Origin: Trypanosoma brucei
Lineage: Eukaryota
Assembly (NCBI GenBank): GCA_000002445.1
Contig: CP000069.1
Location: 1,184,001 to 1,248,000, forward strand
Direction: 5' to 3'
DNA length: 64,000 nucleotides
Under the pieces are notes generated by a model that saw only the letters and a program-made list of their open reading frames with translations, was not told where the DNA came from and ran no database searches. Position numbers and translations under genes: made by a program. Below, one piece after another: positions 33,303-45,842 of the stretch; within the stretch, counting starts at the first letter, position 1; each line of letters opens with the position of its first letter.

Positions 33303-34013
33303 TCAATGAACTGCAGCACTACTATTTCCACCCTCTCTACCACAAGAATGGTCTGCACTGCTACTACTAGTACTAGATCCAGCATAAGCGGGATGCACCT
33401 CATACTTGTGGTGAGGATGCTTCCATCGGTGTCGCTCAGGGTTGAACACGGCTCGATACACATGTGGATCTGGCTCCCTTCCGTCTTGAAATGGCCGATC
33501 ACGCAGCACTCCACCAACGTCACGTATAGGTTGCATCAAATCATCAGCGGCCTCGGGGGTAGTTGCAATCTTTTGTTCCTCTTCCCTCCAATCATCATCA
33601 TTGTCCTCATCAGTAGACATATTAATAAATTTAAGGCGACACCATTTGCAGCAAACGACCTCACCACGAGGGCATTTAATAAAAATCTTTGGATGCTGCA
33701 AAATATAATGTGAGTGGCCCTGGCACCATATGTGATGACGATAAACAGGAACAGGAGGTATCTCACACACTATACCGCCGCGATTATACCAATTCAATTG
33801 AGGTGTACGTCGACCTGGTCCCAAAATACCTGGATGAAGGGAAGCTAGCTCATGTACATGTGTATTCCATCCATACTTTGGGTCTTTTGGGTGTGTAAAT
33901 ACCAATTGTTTCTGATTCGTAACGCGGCTCGCATACTCCAGAGGCATGTATACCGGGGGCCCGTAATGACCCGTATTGTTAGAAAATGTCAGAAACAAAA
34001 AAGACCGCTTCAT
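33303..34013 (-). CDS. hypothetical protein with Cys/His-rich C-terminal segment (236 aa)
   Basis: Start trimmed to ATG 34011-34013 (MKRSFLFL) preceded by strong minus-strand polypyrimidine tract; HHIWCQGHSHY...CPRGEVVCCKWCRLKF suggests a metal-binding motif; acidic DEDNDDDWREEE tail region. Confidence 0.45.
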   Translation of the reverse strand: MKRSFLFLTFSNNTGHYGPPVYMPLEYASRVTNQKQLVFTHPKDPKYGWNTHVHELASLHPGILGPGRRTPQLNWYNRGGIVCEIPPVPVYRHHIWCQGHSHYILQHPKIFIKCPRGEVVCCKWCRLKFINMSTDEDNDDDWREEEQKIATTPEAADDLMQPIRDVGGVLRDRPFQDGREPDPHVYRAVFNPERHRWKHPHHKYEVHPAYAGSSTSSSSADHSCGREGGNSSAAVH

Positions 34014-34551
34014 TACACTACAATGCAAACTAAAAAGATGTAATTTTTTTTTTAAATACAGAAACACAAATGAAAACAGCAAAAAAAACAAAAAAACTCA
34101 ACATTACAATGTAAAAAGAAAGATCCAGGCATAAACCTTGCTCAATTATGCATCCATTTCCCCTTAACTGTGTTCACCATTCCACACAATTCATATATTT
34201 TCCCCAATTTTCACTTACTCCCACTACCCTAGAATATTATTCCTTTAGGTACATAAAAATCAAATCTCTTACGTTTTGTAGCATTCTCTCCCCCTCCACA
34301 CATTACTGCTTAAATATCAAAGACGCAAAAGTGCTCATCGGATGTTCCATTCTACACATAGGGGCTTTGCCATCCCTCCTTGTCCGTCACACATATATTC
34401 TTAATCTGGTCTGCTAAGACAGTTTGTCGTAGCAATTGGTCATTCGAAACCAAAGTGCATTACAAAACAAGAGTACGGGTGGTCATAGTGCTAAATGCAG
34501 GGCTCTTACACCCGCACCACACGCCAAGCGCGTAGGGAGCGAGAACATCAC

Positions 34552-35793
<1,242 letters not shown>

Positions 35794-35897
35794 TCAACGT
35801 GCAGTCAGAGACTTCATACAGACATATATGCGTGGACGCGTTTGTAAACTTGTACCGTCGCGGTACCTCACGAACATTCTGCTATCAACGGGTGACA

Positions 35898-36563
35898 CTA
35901 CTGAGGCGGAAGGCTTAGGTTGACGCCCCCCGCAACGGCGCGGGCGGACGATATGAGGGTTGCAAGACTAGCGTACTCGTCATCTGTGGGGGCAGCCATA
36001 GCGGAAACCCTCCACAGCTTCTGCAGTGTGGGAAACCGTTCCTTGTGATGCGCACACGCCCCATCAACCACTGAACCAGCAGTGGAACTACTGAGTTGAC
36101 TTCCACGCTTACTATGGATGCCATCCAGAGGCGCGAGGTGGGCAGTCACAGCATGTCCCCCCGGTGGCCTTACACTAATTGAAGGTTCTAACTTTGCGCA
36201 AGCGTTCGGCAGTTGACGCAGCATACGATCGTTCATGAGTGTCTTCTGCAGCCCAATAGACCTGAGAGCGGGCATACAGTCCATAAAGCGAAGCAAGTAG
36301 AATCCCGCCTTGTTGGAGAGCGGATTGTTCGACAGGTCAAGAGAGACGAGTAGTGGGGAGTGCTCCACCAGTGTCTCACATATTCGGACGACGCTGTCAT
36401 CCGTTAGGTAATTCTGGGACAGGTTCAGCACCTGTAAACCAGAGCAGTGTCGAAGCACCGCATTCACCAGCGGCTGAATGTCATTCCTCCCTAGTAAACT
36501 CCGCGAGAAATCGAGTTTTTTCAACGCGCTTAAACCCTCTACCGTCTCCAATAGGTTTTTCAC
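35898..36563 (-). pseudogene. leucine-rich-repeat protein gene, 5'-truncated copy at the duplication boundary (no in-frame ATG before residue 94)
   Basis: Track start 36561-36563 reads cac (GTG) on + strand; minus-strand frame has a stop 6 codons upstream; the 216 aa from ETVEGLSALKK onward are identical to copy 2, which has ATG at the homologous position. Confidence 0.4.
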
Positions 36564-37153
36564 TATGAAATCATTAGATTAGGGGAAAGCAAATAGTCAC
36601 GTTTCTACACATCCAACCTTCGAAACCGATGAGGTTATCCCTACATTATAACTGTAAAAGCAAAAGAGGCGCATATGCACACGCACAAAGCTGAAGACAC
36701 GGTTCCCGAGCATAGGAAAGAAAGATCCAGGCATAAACCTTGCTCAATTATGCATCCATTTCCCCTTAACTGTGTTCACCATTCCACACAATTCATATAT
36801 TTTCCCCAATTTTCACTTACTCCCACTACCCTAGAATATTATTCCTTTAGGTACATAAAAATCAAATCCCTTACGTTTTGTAGCATTCTCTCCCCCTCCA
36901 CACATTACTGCTTAAATATCAAAGACGCAAAAGTGCTCATCGGATGTTCCATTCTACACATAGGGGCTTTGCCATCCCTCCTTGTCCGTCACACATATAT
37001 TCTTAATCTGGTCTGCTAAGACAGTTTGTCGTAGCAATTGGTCATTCGAAACCAAAGTGCATTACAAAACAAGAGTACGGGTGGTCATAGTGCTAAATGC
37101 AGGGCTCTTACACCCGCACCACACGCCAAGCGCGTAGGGAGCGAGAACATCAC

Positions 37154-38395
<1,242 letters not shown>

Positions 38396-38499
38396 TCAAC
38401 GTGCAGTCAGAGACTCCATACAGACATATATGCGTGGACGCGTTTGTAAACTTGTACCGTCGCGGTACCTCACGAACATTCTGCTATCAACGGGTGACA

Positions 38500-39165
38500 C
38501 TACTGAGGCGGAAGGCTTAGGTTGACGCCCCCCGCAACGGCGCGGGCGGACGATATGAGGGTTGCAAGACTAGCGTACTCGTCATCTGTGGGGGCAGCCA
38601 TAGCGGAAACCCTCCACAGCTTCTGCAGTGTGGGAAACCGTTCCTTGTGATGCGCACACGCCCCATCAACCACTGAACCAGCAGTGGAACTACTGAGTTG
38701 ACTTCCACGCTTACTATGGATGCCATCCAGAGGCGCGAGGTGGGCAGTCACAGCATGTCCCCCCGGTGGCCTTACACTAATTGAAGGTTCTAACTTTGCG
38801 CAAGCGTTCGGCAGTTGACGCAGCATACGATCGTTCATGAGTGTCTTCTGCAGCCCAATAGACCTGAGAGCGGGCATACAGTCCATAAAGCGAAGCAAGT
38901 AGAATCCCGCCTTGTTGGAGAGCGGATTGTTCGACAGGTCAAGAGAGACGAGTAGTGGGGAGTGCTCCACCAGTGTCTCACATATTCGGACGACGCTGTC
39001 ATCCGTTAGGTAATTCTGGGACAGGTTCAGCACCTGTAAACCAGAGCAGTGTCGAAGCACCGCATTCACCAGCGGCTGAATGTCATTCCTCCCTAGTAAA
39101 CTCCGCGAGAAATCGAGTTTTTTCAACGCGCTTAAACCCTCTACCGTCTCCGGTAGTCCCTTCAT
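38500..39165 (-). CDS. leucine-rich-repeat (ribonuclease-inhibitor-like) protein, intact copy (221 aa)
   Basis: LRR units LKKLDFSRSLLGRNDI, LQVLNLSQNYLTDDSV, LVSLDLSNNPLSN, LRSIGLQKTLMND; ATG verified 39163-39165 (MKGLPETVEGL); further in-frame ATGs at 39237/39240 give a 246 aa alternative. Confidence 0.55.
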   Translation of the reverse strand: MKGLPETVEGLSALKKLDFSRSLLGRNDIQPLVNAVLRHCSGLQVLNLSQNYLTDDSVVRICETLVEHSPLLVSLDLSNNPLSNKAGFYLLRFMDCMPALRSIGLQKTLMNDRMLRQLPNACAKLEPSISVRPPGGHAVTAHLAPLDGIHSKRGSQLSSSTAGSVVDGACAHHKERFPTLQKLWRVSAMAAPTDDEYASLATLISSARAVAGGVNLSLPPQ

Positions 39166-39572
39166 GAGGTGACTGCTAACATTGCATCGAGTGCTAATAC
39201 ATTTTTCCGTACATGGTTCATGGGGTGAGTGATTCATCATGTCTATATACTAAAACTGTATGTATATTATAGATATATATATACATATATTGGAATGTAG
39301 TGTAATAGAGAAGTTTGTTTGAGTTTGTTTTTGATAAGTTTTTTTTCCTGTCTTTGTCGCGCAAAGATGTTTAGTGTTATTAGTAATGGGAATAATTCTC
39401 ATTCATTTTGTCTTTTTATGTCACCACGTGGTGTTTAACACCCACATTTTAAATATACCGAACCTCTTTCAAAATGGAGATGCTAGAGTAAACATTCGTA
39501 TGAGAGTTCATATTTCCCATTGCACAATCTTTAAACAAGCATGCATAGTTGTCTACTGCCTTCTTCAGGTGT

Positions 39573-40772
39573 TCAAGTGGACAAATAGTCCATAGCGTGA
39601 TTAAATGTGTCGATGCCCTTCGTTAGCACAGTTGTTTTATAGTGTATTGTCTGCGGAAAGTAGGCATCTCTCATCCATTGTTTCATCGTTTCATGCACAA
39701 ATGTTCCTTCTGCGTGCCTAGATGCAGCATTTTCGAGAATGGCCGCGCGAACCATGAAGATATAATTAGTGGTTGCAAAAGCTTGCTCAATCACCAAACT
39801 TCCGGTTTTATTACCAAGAACGTCCGTAGGTCTTATGAAACCACGTGCCATTTCGTACGTTCCACCATTACCCCGTAACTGAACGCTAGCTTTGAAGATG
39901 TTCTGGGCGAGCGTCTTGTCATCTACGGAGCTCACGATGATTGTCTCTTTCCCAGTTGATCCACTGTCGGTGTGCACATCCAAGAAGACAAATTTTTCCA
40001 CGCCGGACGCAGCGTAACTCGTGAGTACCTCACGAAGTGCTGTCAAGCTGCGTTGTTCCTCCCGACCTCCGTAAAATAAACCTTCAGGGTTGTGCCACTG
40101 TCCCCCCTCCAGCGACCGCCTGAACTCCCGCAAACCCTGCTTGAGGAACACCTTTCCAAAGTGATAAAAGAAGGTATAACGGTCAATAACACGTGGGGCC
40201 TTTGGAAGAAAGAGTGGTGACATCACACTATCATAACTTGTGTTACTAGTGTGTGAAGTTGTCAGGGCATTCCATTCCTCTTTCAAAAGGTAGTTACGGT
40301 GGAGCTCTACATTATTCTCGTTCGTGGTACGAAAGTTTGCCATACCATAAGGGTTGAGCGCGTGCACGAAAAGCACCGAAGGCCCTTCGCCACGACTAGT
40401 GTTCCACTCGCTCAAGAGCTTCGTCTGAATGGCACTCCCGGTGAACCCACCAATCCCATCAGAACCAGATATGTGAACAAGAAGCCTCTTGGAGTTCTTC
40501 CCCCGAAGGAACGCCGTGTCCAATGTGTATTCAACACCATCACGAGAAGCGATAACGGCGCGCTTAACCTCAGCACCCGCTTTCGTGGCAGCGCTAGTGA
40601 ACTTTTCCCGGGCGACATGAAAACTCTGGGCGAAGAACACTTCAGGACAGGTACTTTTATTGTGGTAGTCGCCTGGGCACACCATGGGTTCCTGGAGCGG
40701 CACAAGGTCAATGACGAAAAGCCCAACACCGATTGTGAGGACCGCTGTAAAGATGGCCTCGACGTCCGCCAT
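39573..40772 (-). CDS. hypothetical protein with N-terminal transmembrane helix (399 aa)
   Basis: Start trimmed to ATG 40770-40772 (MADVEAIFTAVLTIGVGLFVIDLV) with polypyrimidine tract plus AG upstream; long conserved-looking globular domain; family not recognised. Confidence 0.5.
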   Translation of the reverse strand: MADVEAIFTAVLTIGVGLFVIDLVPLQEPMVCPGDYHNKSTCPEVFFAQSFHVAREKFTSAATKAGAEVKRAVIASRDGVEYTLDTAFLRGKNSKRLLVHISGSDGIGGFTGSAIQTKLLSEWNTSRGEGPSVLFVHALNPYGMANFRTTNENNVELHRNYLLKEEWNALTTSHTSNTSYDSVMSPLFLPKAPRVIDRYTFFYHFGKVFLKQGLREFRRSLEGGQWHNPEGLFYGGREEQRSLTALREVLTSYAASGVEKFVFLDVHTDSGSTGKETIIVSSVDDKTLAQNIFKASVQLRGNGGTYEMARGFIRPTDVLGNKTGSLVIEQAFATTNYIFMVRAAILENAASRHAEGTFVHETMKQWMRDAYFPQTIHYKTTVLTKGIDTFNHAMDYLST

Positions 40773-41179
40773 CGCTAGTAGCGACAAGAAAAAAGTGGAA
40801 AACAAACACTCCCCCTCAGCTTTTTTTTCCTTGATAAACACTTTTCACACACGCTCCCACGCAAAGGCCCCTCTCCCTCCCTCCCTAATGATGCTTTTCG
40901 TTTAGTATTAATTTCTGCCGGCTCCGATTATCGACGAGCGGTCGGCACTCTGACAAACCGATCTTAACAGACCATTCATCCGGTAAACAGAGAGAGAGGA
41001 GGAGAAGGCGTGAACTTCGTGACAAACGAATTTGGGGAAGCTTCGGATGCCAAAAACAACGGCGGGTAGGTGGTTCTGGGAAGGGGTTAAAAGGGAGAAC
41101 TGACGCACACGGGCGAGCAACTGTCAAATCAGCCTGCAGCAAGAACTTGCGTTACTGTGCAACAGTACGACACACGAAC

Positions 41180-41722
41180 TCAAGTGGTAGATTCAGTTTC
41201 AGACGCTACAAAGGGTGGGACGCCCCGCAGCCGTAAAGTTATGAGCGTCCCACGACATTGCAGTAACTTTGTCTCACGAAGTATAACTACTTGAATGTAT
41301 TCCACCAGGTCAAGTAGATGCGGTTCCAATTCTCGGAAGCCACGCCCCTCTCCCTCCAGTATCTCCACAGTACGTGCTATAACAAGCAACAGTGGATCGG
41401 GAAGCATCTCGTTCATATCCTTCAACGAATCAACAATCATCTTCAAATACATGGGCCGCACGTGCGGCTGGCTATCTTGCAGGTTCCTCAGAACCCGCCT
41501 TATCTGATGTACGCCCTGCAGTACAGCCACTTCGGGATACAAACGGGCAAGCGAGGGCTCAGAAGAACAGAGTACATCGAACACGACTTCATTGGACCGA
41601 GTGTTGACTGCCTGCGTGGCTGCGTGGGCAAGAAGGGCCAGAATTTTCCTGTGCTTTTCGGCAAAGGGTTCGACAGGAAACGATACACCTTCAAGCAGTG
41701 CGCTGTCACTGCCCTCTGCCAT
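41180..41722 (-). CDS. hypothetical protein (180 aa)
   Basis: ATG 41720-41722 (MAEGSDSALLEGV) preceded on minus strand by ttttccccctttcccccttgttggcttgcg plus AG; the 444 aa track ORF upstream of this runs through a (CA)n microsatellite (CVCVCVCVYV) and is an artefact. Confidence 0.5.
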   Translation of the reverse strand: MAEGSDSALLEGVSFPVEPFAEKHRKILALLAHAATQAVNTRSNEVVFDVLCSSEPSLARLYPEVAVLQGVHQIRRVLRNLQDSQPHVRPMYLKMIVDSLKDMNEMLPDPLLLVIARTVEILEGEGRGFRELEPHLLDLVEYIQVVILRETKLLQCRGTLITLRLRGVPPFVASETESTT

Positions 41723-42048
41723 ACGGCTAAGAAACACACACACAAATAAACAGCAACGCGCAAGCCAACAAGGGGGAAAGGGGGAAAACTGAATAAAGAA
41801 AGCGGATGAAATAGAGGACATACGACAGACGGGTAAAATGCAAAAACAAACGCTGGAACATAGAGAGTTCCAGCTCACCGCAAGAAAGGGGGGAAAAGGA
41901 ATGTTACTAGGTAAAAAAGAGCTTAGAATCAAGGTGTTCGGCACGGCTCGACTTCGCTTCGTCCTCTTCATACCTGGTGCAGGCGCCACATTTTGCCATA
42001 ACAGAGAGTGGGCTGTCCACCACACGTCATTACCTTTGCATTCAACGT

Positions 42049-42067
42049 ACACACACACACACACACA
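42049..42067. repeat. (AC)9 microsatellite
   Basis: Direct reading; responsible for CVCVCV in the artefactual long ORF. Confidence 0.85.
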
Positions 42068-42293
42068 AACGCATAAATGCGTACGGTAGCACAGCAGCAA
42101 GTTATCAGGGTCCACCAAACCAACTCCCCACTGGACAATATGAAGATGACCAAACACCGCCCTCCATAGCCACCGCACTGCACGTAACCAACCGTTACGG
42201 TTGAGGAAAGCAAAGTGCGTACTCCCCAAAGGCAGAATAGCCGCTAACCTACCCCAGATCTCCTTTGTCAAGGTTATCTTCACTTCACGCCTC

Positions 42294-42647
42294 CTATCGG
42301 AGGGGAGTGTCCAAACTTTGACTCGCCGCCTGTATTGTCTTGGACACAACTGTCTGCCTCCCTGTAATAGAGTCAATGACCGTCGCATCCGTCGTGACAC
42401 CACTCGAATGCTTAACCGACAGCACACTGCTTCCGCGGACAAACAGCACACAGTTGTAGCATTCATTCCTGATGCTACCCCTACGGCGCTTAAGTGGTTT
42501 CCTACGCTCCGCATCGGTCAATATTAAGTTCGAGGTCGGACTGAAGGACACAAGACGGCCCACAAGTGTGGAGCCGTCATCCAAATCCACACTAACGCGG
42601 CAGCCCAAGAAGGAAAGGAAACTACGCCGCTCGGATTTGACAGACAT
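42294..42647 (-). CDS. Sm-fold (Sm/LSm) protein, 117 aa
   Basis: Sm1-like RVSVDLDDGSTLVGRLVSFSPTSNLILTDAER and Sm2-like VLFVRGSSVLSV; ATG verified 42645-42647. Confidence 0.6.
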   Translation of the reverse strand: MSVKSERRSFLSFLGCRVSVDLDDGSTLVGRLVSFSPTSNLILTDAERRKPLKRRRGSIRNECYNCVLFVRGSSVLSVKHSSGVTTDATVIDSITGRQTVVSKTIQAASQSLDTPLR

Positions 42648-43176
42648 TTAGTCACTTGACAAGAGACTCCACCGTCTTGCTACGAGAGAAAAGCAGCAAC
42701 GCAGAAATAAAATCACGGGGAAAAAATAGAAATAGCGAAAAGAAGTCACCTAAAAGAGAAGCGATAAGAAGGGAGAAATGCACATCAGCCCAAAACGTTG
42801 AGAGGGGCACAATTACTCGAAAATTGATAACTTCCATTAACTTGTTTGCGACCTTCAAATATATAAATAAACGTAAATATATATTTTTTCTTCACGGAAA
42901 CCCAACAATAACAAGCACATCCACATTAGTTGAGCAGAAAAGGAGAGGTACCGGAGGAAGATTCGTGGGTAGATGTGAGCGCGCACAGACGTACACGGGA
43001 AGGGGAAAAAAAAAAGAAAATTCTCGCCACGCCCTTGCTCTCCGAATATACAATCCGGAAACCTTCCCCCTACCCGCCTTCCTCCTCAACCAAATCCTGC
43101 CTCGTCACGCCACCAACAAAACTCACACCCTTTTAACTTGTTACCTTTTTACCTGTTGTCTAGACAAGGTGGTTTA

Positions 43177-44040
43177 CTACTCCATCTTGAAATCATCGCG
43201 TTTCCGCCGCTTTTGACCTACCAGGAACGCCTTACCGCTTTCCATGGCGATATCCTCCTTGCGCTTCGGTGGAGCAGGTGGAAAAACGGATTTCTCTTTA
43301 TTGGCTTGCTTCTTGAGTGAAGCCTGAAGCTTCTCTTTCTTGGCTTTCTTGACAGCCTTTGCCTTCTCTTTGTTCTGTAAGGTCTTCTTGTAAACTGGAA
43401 TGAAGCGGCTCCAGTCTTCGTGCTTTAGGTCTTCACGTTTTGCGAGCTCCCGCTTGATGAGTAGCTGCTTGAGACCGTAGATTGGATGGATGTTGTTCAT
43501 GCAGTCGTCAACAATCTTTCGCACCTGTTGGCACCCCTTCACGGGGCCCATCACAGCTACTGTCTTTCCCTGAACGAGAACATAACAGCCCGTGAGAATT
43601 TCTAAAGCTTTTAGCGTCTGGGCCTTGGGGCCAATGAGTCGGTCGCGCCGTTTTATAAATCTGCGAGTGCTCTTTCCCTTTAGTGAGATGGGAATGATGT
43701 CACAAGTAATTTCCGTTTGGAATATTTTCTGCGCCTGGGCGAGGGGAACATTTCGAGCGAGAAGTCGTATAAAGTCACGTGCCTTGACGATAGCGTATGG
43801 GTCCCACGTCCGACGGGTAGTTGCAACGGTCATGGATCCCTCCATTAGGTCCAACTTCCCTGTCAGTTGGTGTTGCCCAAGGACCGTCTCCACTGCTGGC
43901 CAAATACTTCGTATGTAGCTCTCCAGATAACTAGGGAATTGGGTTGCAAATGTGGTCTCAGCCACGCAGCACGCTCCACCGGGAACATCATCTTGGGTCA
44001 GCTCCGGCACGTGGTACTTGGATTTTGACGAAGACGTCAT
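43177..44040 (-). CDS. KRR1: KRR1 small-subunit processome component (KH domain)
   Basis: LDLMEGSMTVATTRRTWDPYAIVKARDFIRLLARNVP, KRRDRLIGPKAQTLKALEILTGCYVLVQGKTV, NNIHPIYGLKQLLIKRELAKREDLKHEDWSRFIP closely parallel yeast Krr1; start trimmed to ATG 44038-44040 (MTSSSKSKYHVPE) because the track extension translates the (AT)n microsatellite as IYIYIYIYIY. Confidence 0.8.
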   Translation of the reverse strand: MTSSSKSKYHVPELTQDDVPGGACCVAETTFATQFPSYLESYIRSIWPAVETVLGQHQLTGKLDLMEGSMTVATTRRTWDPYAIVKARDFIRLLARNVPLAQAQKIFQTEITCDIIPISLKGKSTRRFIKRRDRLIGPKAQTLKALEILTGCYVLVQGKTVAVMGPVKGCQQVRKIVDDCMNNIHPIYGLKQLLIKRELAKREDLKHEDWSRFIPVYKKTLQNKEKAKAVKKAKKEKLQASLKKQANKEKSVFPPAPPKRKEDIAMESGKAFLVGQKRRKRDDFKME

Positions 44041-44065
44041 CTCCTTCAGTGCACCTAAAGTCGTG

Positions 44066-44067
<2 letters not shown>

Positions 44068-44099
<32 letters not shown>
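44068..44099. repeat. (AT)16 microsatellite
   Basis: Direct reading, 28 nt upstream (minus-strand sense) of the KRR1 ATG. Confidence 0.9.
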
Positions 44100-44101
<2 letters not shown>

Positions 44102-44204
44102 GTGTGCGTGTTCCTCAGATGCTGTTGTGAACGAACAAGCACTTGCGCATTCATCAAATGCCAAAATTAATGAGAAAATCAGAAGGTCAAAACGCAGGAC
44201 ATTT

Positions 44205-44206
<2 letters not shown>

Positions 44207-44237
<31 letters not shown>
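44207..44237. repeat. (CA)15 microsatellite
   Basis: Direct reading. Confidence 0.9.
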
Positions 44238-44239
<2 letters not shown>

Positions 44240-44783
44240 AAATGCATGGAGCACGAAAAAGAAACATGGGGGCACTAACTGCACAACATAGAGGGAAGCG
44301 ATGGAATAGTTCCCTGCTCATTTGTTATGTTAACGGTGGAGGGGAAATCCGTTAGGTACACAGGCCGTACACAACCGCTCACAGGTTCTCACCTGACAAG
44401 CACCAATTATAATATGGTTCCGGAGCGCAACGGAGCAGAACACACCTAAAGGAAACCCCTACGCGAGGACCGTGGGAAATAACTGTGATGCCCTCTACCA
44501 GGAGCACTGAGCAGCCACCGCCGCAGGTTTATTGCATTTCATACCAACAGTTCAGTGGTCCCAGTGGAGGGTATAGAGGTTAAAGCCCACCAAGCGGAAA
44601 ACAAAGAGAATCTCACCTCCTTACTCTCCACTGGAGTAAACTTCGCGAGCCCATCCAAGGGTTCAGCACCACTTATGATGGAAAAACAAGATGATTTAGC
44701 AACGCTGCTGCAGCGGAAGATTGCGTAAGCCGCCTAGTCCACATCCTTACAACGACACTTTCCACAAAATATGCCGGAAGATA

Positions 44784-45188
44784 TTACCCCTCTGTGTTTG
44801 GAATGGGATTCCACGCATCCAAATTCATTGCCAACGGGAGGGGAATAGCACTGGGGACCGCACCTCGTGACTCATTTGGGGGTAGTATAGGTTCCTGCAG
44901 CACCTGTTTACCGTCTGCTGAAACCTCAACTGACAATGCACGGACACAACTGCCGCCATTCCAATCAACAGCCTCCCCATCAGCATACGGCACCGGCTCC
45001 TCCCGACTATTTGGGTGACGGAAAGACACTAACAGTGTTCGGTTCACGTCCAAGTTCATAAGTGAAGCAAATGTGTGTCGGGCATCTCGCCACGAGGCCC
45101 CTTCCGGTAATGCTAAGAAGACAGTTTGGTTCCTATGTTGAACAATAACTGTATTGGGATACGACATGTGTATATTACTCTCCCGCAT
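44784..45188 (-). CDS. hypothetical small protein (134 aa)
   Basis: ATG verified 45186-45188; same strand; no family recognised. Confidence 0.35.
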   Translation of the reverse strand: MRESNIHMSYPNTVIVQHRNQTVFLALPEGASWRDARHTFASLMNLDVNRTLLVSFRHPNSREEPVPYADGEAVDWNGGSCVRALSVEVSADGKQVLQEPILPPNESRGAVPSAIPLPLAMNLDAWNPIPNTEG

Positions 45189-45842
45189 CCCCTATGGAAT
45201 CCCTTCCCCTCTCCCGGCTTTCACCCCTACGTTATTATTTGCTTCTCCTCGGATCAAGTGAAATATTAAACAAACTAACTTTCCCTCGAACCGCCACCCA
45301 GTACGCGATACGGCAAGGGACGAGCAACGACGGCAACCCGTAAAGCAGCAGCGGCATGCGGAAACAGTAGAGTGGAGGGTCGTGAGAAAAAAAAAACGAA
45401 GGAAGGTGGTAGACAGATGAACAGACATACAAATTCACATGCAAGAGACGAAGTGATGTGTCAAAAGAAAAATGCCTATACTCCTCCATTGCACCATCAC
45501 ACCGCCTGTTGACCCATTCTATCCGAAAAGATTCAAATGTGCGCGCGTTCGGGTGCACACGCGAACAGTGGATAAATCGAAGGTAAACCGGATTGAGTAA
45601 CTTTAAAGAGACAGGGTGATATCATTATTACCGTTTGCGCCTTTGCCTGCTCGAATTAGCATGACACAATTTTAAAGATGATAAGAGTTTTAAAACGTCT
45701 CCGTGTACTATTATTATTCTTTCTCATATATATATATATATATCCTTTGCATTAACGGGAGGCACCTTCCTCGAACAATTTATAATTCCTCAGGCTGAGA
45801 CTCCTGAGAGGACCACCACCGACTACTTTCACTCACCCTTTT

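Noticed and set aside
33144-33713. 189-aa + strand ORF
   Set aside because: Antisense to the supported 33303-34013 gene; Ser/Thr/Ile-rich low complexity.
41723-42514. Upstream 264 codons of the 444-aa track ORF
   Set aside because: Runs through the (CA)n microsatellite and hydrophobic low complexity; a good ATG with a splice signal exists at 41722.
42656-43216. 186-aa + strand ORF between the Sm and KRR1 genes
   Set aside because: K/R/E low-complexity from A-rich intergenic sequence, opposite to array orientation, overlaps the KRR1 3' end.
44041-44157. N-terminal extension of the KRR1 ORF (MMNAQVLVRSQQHLRNTHTDIYIYIYIYIY)
   Set aside because: Translates the (AT)n microsatellite; homologs start near MTSSSKSKY.
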